From a virus (Duplodnaviria > Caudoviricetes): DNA of 40,957 nt. Numbering within the stretch: position 1 is the stretch's first letter; every line of letters begins with the position of its first letter. The notes beneath the pieces were generated by a model. It saw only the letters and a program-made list of their open reading frames with translations. It did not search any database and was not told the origin of the DNA. This document shows, in pieces, positions 35,312 through 40,957 of the stretch. A program made the position numbers and the translations under genes. The DNA lies in IMG/VR virus record IMGVR_UViG_3300032320_000902, positions 1 to 40,957 of that record; one strand, given 5' to 3'.

Positions 35312-35526
35312 GCTGGGTTCTCCAGTGTGGTGAATGCGGTTTGAATATCTGCGTGCACGGCGGCTAGGACGGCGGCACGGGTGCCGCGATATCCGTATTC
35401 GGTTTTCAGGATGGAATAAGACGACTTACCCGCGCGACGCATGCCCGCGATTTCAAGTCTTAATCCGGTGCGCAACGTGCACAATCTGAATAGTGCGATC
35501 TTGTTGGGGTCACTGATTGATGACAT
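35308..35526 (-). CDS. Hypothetical protein
   Basis: AAGGGG SD before ATG 35526; LRLEIAGMRR..SSYSILK; ATGA overlap. Confidence 0.65.
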   Translation of the reverse strand: MSSISDPNKIALFRLCTLRTGLRLEIAGMRRAGKSSYSILKTEYGYRGTRAAVLAAVHADIQTAFTTLENPA

Positions 35527-35536
35527 GGCCGGCCCC

Positions 35537-35743
35537 TTATGCAATGCGAACGGCGGCAATCTTGCCGGACCGAGTGTAGATAATGCCGATGCCCGATCTA
35601 TAGCAGCCGAGCCACCCTCTAGCCTCGCGCGTCGTGCGTGCGCGGTGCACGTAGCGGTCCCCGTCAGCGTCAATGATTACAACCCGATAGGGGCTGATTG
35701 CGCGACGAATCGCGCGACGGATTGCATGCTTGATCTCTTTCAT
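35537..35743 (-). CDS. Basic hypothetical protein
   Basis: GGAG SD; fits operon packing. Confidence 0.6.
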   Translation of the reverse strand: MKEIKHAIRRAIRRAISPYRVVIIDADGDRYVHRARTTREARGWLGCYRSGIGIIYTRSGKIAAVRIA

Positions 35744-35796
35744 AATCGATTCTCCGGGTTAGTGCGGGCGGCATTGCCGCCCGAGTTGAGTTTGGG

Positions 35797-36588
35797 TTAT
35801 TCGGCGCCGGCGGCGAGTGCTTGCAGAATCTGATCGCGGGTCAACCAACCTTGTGCGAGCGCATAGTCGATCACGGTCGACCCAAGCGCGTACCCGTGGC
35901 CGGCGATCTTTTTGATTTCTTCGAAGTCGTGGCCGATGGTAGGTTCTCCGGCTTCAATCAATGCGGCTTCAAGTTTCAGGTCACCGATGCCAGTTGTCCC
36001 AAACCAAACCGACTGCGAACCGTCGGAGTCCGGCCACACTTCGAAAATCGTCCCGGCCTTGAATACGTCGATTGATTGCCAGCCGTACCGCATCCGGCGA
36101 TCCCGGCGAGGGTTCGCGATATCGCGAGTCAAGCGCAGCCATTGAATCTTCGGTTTGGTGATTTCCAGTCGTGGCGCCGGCTCGGGTTCGGTGTTGTCTT
36201 CGTCGTGGCATCCGGTCACCACGTAGTCGTGCGCATCCACGCCGTCGTCGTATTCGATCTCGGTTTGCTCGGGTTCTGCGGGCGTTGGTTCGGGTTCTGC
36301 CGGTGCGGGCGCTGCCGGTGTCAGGATCAAGTCGCGAAGTTCGCGAATTGTTTCGGCGTGTTCTTCCTGCGGCTGCGCGTACCAGTTGCTATCGTAGGAT
36401 TCCATTACCCAGCGATAGTTAAAAATCGACTCGGTGAATTCAGCGTCGCACAATACTGGGATGACGCCTTCGATGTTGCGGTCAACGTCCACGAATACGG
36501 TCGAGCCATTGTCTAGCAGGCGGGCGGCGATGCGTTGGCCCTTGGGGCTGTATTCGCGTTGGGTGTTGAATTTGATTGTCGTTTTCAT
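35797..36588 (-). CDS. First gene of the putative early operon, two domains joined by an acidic PEPE linker
   Basis: FNTQREYSPKGQRIAA..FVDVDRNIEG N-domain; acidic Pro-rich linker; GGAG SD. Confidence 0.7.
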   Translation of the reverse strand: MKTTIKFNTQREYSPKGQRIAARLLDNGSTVFVDVDRNIEGVIPVLCDAEFTESIFNYRWVMESYDSNWYAQPQEEHAETIRELRDLILTPAAPAPAEPEPTPAEPEQTEIEYDDGVDAHDYVVTGCHDEDNTEPEPAPRLEITKPKIQWLRLTRDIANPRRDRRMRYGWQSIDVFKAGTIFEVWPDSDGSQSVWFGTTGIGDLKLEAALIEAGEPTIGHDFEEIKKIAGHGYALGSTVIDYALAQGWLTRDQILQALAAGAE

Positions 36589-36636
36589 TCGTTAGACTCC
36601 GATTTAAACCACGGCAAGACGCCGAGCCCTTACTGA

Positions 36637-36653
36637 TGCATGGAATGTGCCAG
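36637..36653 (-). promoter_or_regulatory. sigma54 (RpoN) -24/-12 promoter CTGGCACATTCCATGCA
   Basis: TGGCAC-N5-ATGCA with exact GG-N10-GC spacing; predicted +1 near 36626, 38 nt before the ATG at 36588. Confidence 0.65.
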
Positions 36654-36713
36654 CCAGAACCTACCCGGAAACCCGCATAAATACGTCAGTACCCGCGTTT
36701 GACACCGTGACAC

Positions 36714-36760
36714 CGGCAATTCCTGCCGGCAATTAATGCATGGAGCGGCAATCTTTGCCG
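36714..36760. promoter_or_regulatory. Two CGGCAA-N3-YTGCCG palindromes (candidate enhancer or operator sites)
   Basis: 36714-36728 and 36746-36760, 32 bp apart; further copies at 36962-36976, 33597-33611 and 33724-33738. Confidence 0.7.
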
Positions 36761-36776
36761 TATACCCAATCGATCC

Positions 36777-36893
36777 GCCGGCGCAGCCGGCCATCCATCC
36801 GCCGGCGCAGCCGGCCATGTTCCCGATGCCGGCGCAGCCGGCCATCCATCCGCCGGCGCAGCCGGCCATCCATCCGCCGGCGCAGCCGGCCAT
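36777..36893. repeat. Five tandem copies of GCCGGCGCAGCCGGCCAT (period 24/27/24/24 bp)
   Basis: Copies start at 36777, 36801, 36828, 36852 and 36876. Confidence 0.95.
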
Positions 36894-37160
36894 GCTCGCC
36901 CTGTTCTCGCCCTGTGCTGCGCCGGCATCCGATGCCGCCCTGTGCGGCCCTGCCCTCGCAGCGGCAAATCCTGCCGACCCCACCCACCCCCCACCCCCCT
37001 CTGTGCGATGGCGTGGCACGCGCCGCCACGAACACTGTTTGTCACCCGCTCCACCCACTTTGTAAAACCTCATACACAACACCACCCCCTACCAAAGCAA
37101 AACGCGCCCCCATCCCACTACTACAAAAATTTATAAAAACCTTTGTCTAACGCCACACAC

Positions 37161-37190
37161 TTGCATATTCACGCTGTTTATGTGTACAGT
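37161..37190 (+). promoter_or_regulatory. sigma70-like promoter TTGCAT-N18-TACAGT giving a probably leaderless terS mRNA
   Basis: The -10 ends 7 nt before ATG 37198; no SD present. Confidence 0.45.
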
Positions 37191-37197
37191 TGCAGGC

Positions 37198-37773
37198 ATG
37201 CTGAACCATCTCGTCAACTTTGAGCCAGACGTAGCAGACACCGGAGACTTCAAGCCGCTCAAAAAAGCGACGCCAAATGAAGTGCTCTCGGCTCAGTTCG
37301 CCACTGCGGATTGGTTGGAGAAGTTGGGCGTGACGCCCGATGAAGAAATTATTGATGGGTTAGAGACGGCTAGCGCTCGCGAAGCGTTCCAGTCGATGGT
37401 TACGGTAACTGAGGATGAGCAGAAGAAGCAGGCGCTTGTTGAACTGAAGACGCCGCTGGCTGTGCGCCAACTAACGGGTATGCTGACAGCCTATGACTGG
37501 GAGTTTGTGCAGCAAGCTAAAGAGTTGCGCGGCTATACGGTAGCCAAGATCCTTGAAGAGACTACAAGTAACAACCCAAACATCCGGCTAAAGGCTTTAG
37601 CGCTTCTTGGCAAGGTAACGGAAGTCGGTTTATTTACCGAAAAGATTGAGATCAAGAAAACCGAGATGTCGGACTCCGAGTTGGAGACGCGCATTAAAGA
37701 AAAGCTCAATCGCTTTATGCAGGTTGTTGATGTTGTAGACGTACATGAACCCCAACAGTTTCACGACGCTTAG
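37198..37773 (+). CDS. terS: Terminase small subunit (putative)
   Basis: Directly upstream of and overlapping terL; RLKALALLGK..VGLFTEK helical motif. Confidence 0.7.
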   Translation: MLNHLVNFEPDVADTGDFKPLKKATPNEVLSAQFATADWLEKLGVTPDEEIIDGLETASAREAFQSMVTVTEDEQKKQALVELKTPLAVRQLTGMLTAYDWEFVQQAKELRGYTVAKILEETTSNNPNIRLKALALLGKVTEVGLFTEKIEIKKTEMSDSELETRIKEKLNRFMQVVDVVDVHEPQQFHDA

Positions 37774-39286
37774 TAAAGCAGAGCTTCAGGCTCTGCAACG
37801 GGCGCTGCCCCACATGTCCACTGCGGACAAGATGGAGCTATTCGAGGATCTACAGGTTCGTGAGCACCGCGCACGCTTAGGGGCGGCAAAAACTTCCATG
37901 CTGGGGTTTGCGACTGCGGTGTATCCGGGCTTTAAAGTAGGTGCCCACCACAAGAAGCTGGCAAAAATATTCGAGGCCGTTCTTTCTGGAGAAAAAAAGC
38001 GGGTGATTATCAATATCGCGCCGCGTATGGGCAAGTCTGAGTTCTCGTCATACCTGTTCCCTGCTTACTTTTTGGGCAAGTACCCTGAGAAGAAGATCAT
38101 CATGGGTACGCACACTGCGGGTTTGTCGGAAGATTTTGGGCGGCGTATCCGAAACTTGATCTCCTCGGAGGAGTACGCGGAAGTTTTCCCCCAAACGGGC
38201 GTAGCAGACGATCAGAAGGCCGCTGGAAAGTGGTCGACTACTGCGGGTGGTCAGTACTACGCCGCAGGCGTAGGAGGCGCGCTAGCGGGGCGTGGTGCAG
38301 ATTTGTTTGTTATTGACGATCCGCACTCAGAACAGGACGTACGCGCTAATTCTAGGCTTGCCTTTGATACTGCGTGGAACTGGTTCCAGCAGGGGCCGCT
38401 TCAGCGACTGATGCCGGGCGGCGCGATCATCGTAATTATGACGCGATGGTCCCTGATTGACCTGACTGGGCGCTTAATCGACTACCAAACCAAGAATCCC
38501 AACGCTGATCAATGGGAAATTGTCGAGCTTCCGGCGATCCTGAACGAAGATACGGAGCAGGAAAAGTCGCTTTGGCCGGAGCAGTGGCCGCTTGATCAGC
38601 TAAAAAGCAAAAAAGCCAACATGGACCCCCGGTTTTGGAATGCGCAGTACATGCAGCAGCCCACAGCCGACACATCAGCGGTCGTCTCACGCAAACATTG
38701 GCGCATTTGGCCCAGTGATGACCCGCCCACGTGCGAGTACATCATTCAATCGTGGGATACGGCGTTTGAAACCAAAAACAATTCGGACTATTCCGCCTGT
38801 ACTACGTGGGGCGTCTTCTATAATGAAGAAGAAAACAACTCGCCGCAGATAATTTTGCTCGATGCGTTCAAGGACCGAATGGCTTTTCCTGAATTAAAGG
38901 CGGCGGCATTTAAACATTGGAAGGAGTGGGACCCAGATGCCTTCATTGTGGAGAAAAAGGCAGCGGGCGCACCGCTTATCCAAGAGTTACGGGCTATGGG
39001 CATTCCCGTTCAGGAATTCTCGCCTAGTCGCGGCAATGACAAGATGGTTCGGATGAACGCGGTAAGTGACTTATTTCATTCCAATAAAGTCTGGGCACCG
39101 GATACGCGCTGGGCAAGGGAAGTGATTGAAGAAGTTGCGACATTTCCCGTTGGGGAACATGACGATTACGTAGATACGACCACCCAAGCCCTGTTACGAT
39201 ACCGCCAAGGTGGGTTTATTGCGCTGGATTCGGACGAGAAGGAAGAGTTATCGCTTTTCCGCCGCAGAACTGCTGCATATTATTAA
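37745..39286 (+). CDS. terL: Terminase large subunit
   Basis: Walker A IAPRMGKS, Walker B FVIDDP, MTRW, nuclease SWDTA, VEKKA, HDDYVD. Confidence 0.95.
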   Translation: MNPNSFTTLSKAELQALQRALPHMSTADKMELFEDLQVREHRARLGAAKTSMLGFATAVYPGFKVGAHHKKLAKIFEAVLSGEKKRVIINIAPRMGKSEFSSYLFPAYFLGKYPEKKIIMGTHTAGLSEDFGRRIRNLISSEEYAEVFPQTGVADDQKAAGKWSTTAGGQYYAAGVGGALAGRGADLFVIDDPHSEQDVRANSRLAFDTAWNWFQQGPLQRLMPGGAIIVIMTRWSLIDLTGRLIDYQTKNPNADQWEIVELPAILNEDTEQEKSLWPEQWPLDQLKSKKANMDPRFWNAQYMQQPTADTSAVVSRKHWRIWPSDDPPTCEYIIQSWDTAFETKNNSDYSACTTWGVFYNEEENNSPQIILLDAFKDRMAFPELKAAAFKHWKEWDPDAFIVEKKAAGAPLIQELRAMGIPVQEFSPSRGNDKMVRMNAVSDLFHSNKVWAPDTRWAREVIEEVATFPVGEHDDYVDTTTQALLRYRQGGFIALDSDEKEELSLFRRRTAAYY

Positions 39287-39294
39287 GGTAAACA

Positions 39295-40957
39295 ATGGCT
39301 ACCAATATCGACAAGTCGCTGTATAGCGCGCCGCAGGGCATTGACACGCTGGCTGCGCAGGAAGAACCGTTAGAAATCGAGATTGTTGACCCTGAAGCGG
39401 TCAACATCAAGGCCGGTGACCTTGAGATCAGCATTGAGAAAGACGGCGAAGAATCCGACTTTTACGCCAACCTTGCCGACGATATTGATGCGGGCGACTT
39501 GGATATGCTGGCGGGGGAGCTAGCCGAGGCTATTGAGAATGACCGCGCGTCGCGCAAAGACTGGGAGAAGTCCTACAAAGAGGGCTTAAAACTCTTGGGT
39601 CTCCAGTATGAGGAGCGCACGGAGCCGTGGAACGGTGCTTGTGGCGTGTTCCACCCCATGATTACGGAAGCCGTTGTACGGTTCCAATCCGAGGCTATCA
39701 CTGAGTCATTCCCCGCGCAAGGTCCGGTGCGCACCAAGATCCTTGGTAAAGAAACGCCAGAGAAAAAAGAAGCCGCTAAGCGAGTCGAGGATGACCTGAA
39801 CTACGAGCTTACGGAAGTGATGCGCGAGTTTAGGCCCGAGCATGAACGCATGCTGTGGAGTTTACCGGCAACGGGTTCGGCTTTCAAGAAAGTTTATTTT
39901 GATCCGTCGCTTGACCGCCCGGTGTCTATGTTTGTGCCGGCAGAGGACATTATCCTGCCGTATGGGGCTACAGATCTAGATACGTGCTATCGGGTTACGC
40001 ACGTTATGCGCAAGACAGAGCAGGAGATTGTGCGGTTGCAACAAGCGGGGTTTTACCGCGACATCACGCTACCTGATCCCAGCCGCGAGCAAACAGAGAT
40101 TCAGAAAGCCAAAGATCGGGAGACTGGCTTTAGTGATCTGAACGACGACCGCTACATTATTTACGAGATCCACGCTGATCTAGATATTGCCGGGTTTGAA
40201 GACAAGGATGATGACGGGGAAGAAACCGGCATCGCTCGCCCGTATGTGATTACGATTGTGAAAGGCACCAATGATGTATTGGCGGTGCGGCGCAACTGGA
40301 GAGAGGACGACGAGTTCTGCTTAAAACGCCAGCACTTCGTTAAGTACGACTACATCCCCGGCTTTGGTGCGTATGGCTTCGGGTTATTCCATCTGATTGG
40401 CGGCTTTGCCAAATCCGCTACCAGCATCATGCGTCAGCTTGTTGATGCGGGGACACTATCCAATTTGCCCGGAGGACTCAAGTCCCGGGGGTTGCGCATC
40501 AAGGGTGATGACACGCCGATTGCGCCGGGAGAGTGGCGCGACGTAGATATCGGGTCTGGGGCGTTGCGCGACAACATTCTGCCGCTGCCATATAAAGAGC
40601 CGTCCAACGTCCTGTACCAGTTGCTCTCCACGATTGTTGAGGAAGGGCGGCGATTCGCAGCCACGGCGGACATGCAGATCAGTGACATGTCGGCTCAAGC
40701 CCCAGTGGGGACCACGCTGGCTTTGTTGGAGCGCCAACTCAAGGTAATGACGGCGGTGCAGGCGCGCCTGCATTACAGCTTCAAGCAGGAACTGCGCTTG
40801 CTTGCGCAGATTGTTAGGGACGAGACTGATGACGAGTACGACTACGACCCAGAAGAAGGCCCGCGCAAGGCGAAGAAGTCTGACTATGACCATTTAGATA
40901 TCATTCCCGTTAGCGACCCCAACGCTGCTACGCTGAGCCAGCGGGTTGTGCAGTACC
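39295..40957 (+). CDS. Portal protein, truncated at the window end (absent from ORF track because it has no stop)
   Basis: MATNIDKSLY..; PWNGACGVFHP, GSAFKKVYFD, GFGAYGFGL..RQLVDAGTLSN motifs; follows terL. Confidence 0.85.
   Translation, partial: MATNIDKSLYSAPQGIDTLAAQEEPLEIEIVDPEAVNIKAGDLEISIEKDGEESDFYANLADDIDAGDLDMLAGELAEAIENDRASRKDWEKSYKEGLKLLGLQYEERTEPWNGACGVFHPMITEAVVRFQSEAITESFPAQGPVRTKILGKETPEKKEAAKRVEDDLNYELTEVMREFRPEHERMLWSLPATGSAFKKVYFDPSLDRPVSMFVPAEDIILPYGATDLDTCYRVTHVMRKTEQEIVRLQQAGFYRDITLPDPSREQTEIQKAKDRETGFSDLNDDRYIIYEIHADLDIAGFEDKDDDGEETGIARPYVITIVKGTNDVLAVRRNWREDDEFCLKRQHFVKYDYIPGFGAYGFGLFHLIGGFAKSATSIMRQLVDAGTLSNLPGGLKSRGLRIKGDDTPIAPGEWRDVDIGSGALRDNILPLPYKEPSNVLYQLLSTIVEEGRRFAATADMQISDMSAQAPVGTTLALLERQLKVMTAVQARLHYSFKQELRLLAQIVRDETDDEYDYDPEEGPRKAKKSDYDHLDIIPVSDPNAATLSQRVVQY

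Noticed and set aside
36777-36893. Possible mini CRISPR array
   Set aside because: Repeats are 18 bp with only 6-9 bp, mostly identical, spacers; no cas operon (the Cas4-like gene is an ordinary phage exonuclease).
19770-36960. Oriented KOPS (GGGNAGGG) sites as targets of the FtsK-gamma-like domain
   Set aside because: The few copies I spotted by eye occur on both strands with no convincing polarity.
36630-37150. Repetitive ORFs on both strands (PPAQPAIH, MAGCAGGW etc.)
   Set aside because: They are translations of the DNA repeat, whose period is a multiple of 3; no clear RBS and no preferred frame.
1-40957. Prophage or lysogeny module, tRNA genes, genetic-code reassignment
   Set aside because: No integrase, att-flanked host genes or tRNA cloverleaf recognised, and long ORFs are intact under the standard code.

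Overview
The whole window is a tailed dsDNA phage genome segment of podovirus type; no host genes, integrase, tRNA or CRISPR array were seen. On the + strand (1-18619) is the end of a late operon: an EndoVII-type endonuclease, a lysis cassette (small membrane protein, GH108 endolysin, 3TM holin), an antisense GIY-YIG endonuclease, a P22 gp10-like tail hub, three low-complexity internal/ejection proteins and a 2716-aa polyvalent protein (FtsK-gamma-like, ParB-like, two zincin, ADP-ribosyltransferase and LPD38-like modules). On the - strand (18588-36588) are replication genes (primase-helicase, Cro-like HTH, SSB, SNF2 helicase, PD-(D/E)XK exonuclease, PolA, HNH endonuclease, VRR-NUC, DUF3310), many micro-genes, a structured intergenic region, an origin-like region and a 7-gene putative early cluster. 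A repeat-rich control region (36590-37197) separates these from terS, terL and a portal gene truncated at the window end. The most notable unexplained signal is a near-consensus sigma54 (-24/-12) promoter in front of the putative early operon, with two helically phased CGGCAA-N3-YTGCCG palindromes at about -95 and -127 where enhancer sites would lie, and no activator encoded in the window. All family assignments come from motif recognition by eye, not database searches.
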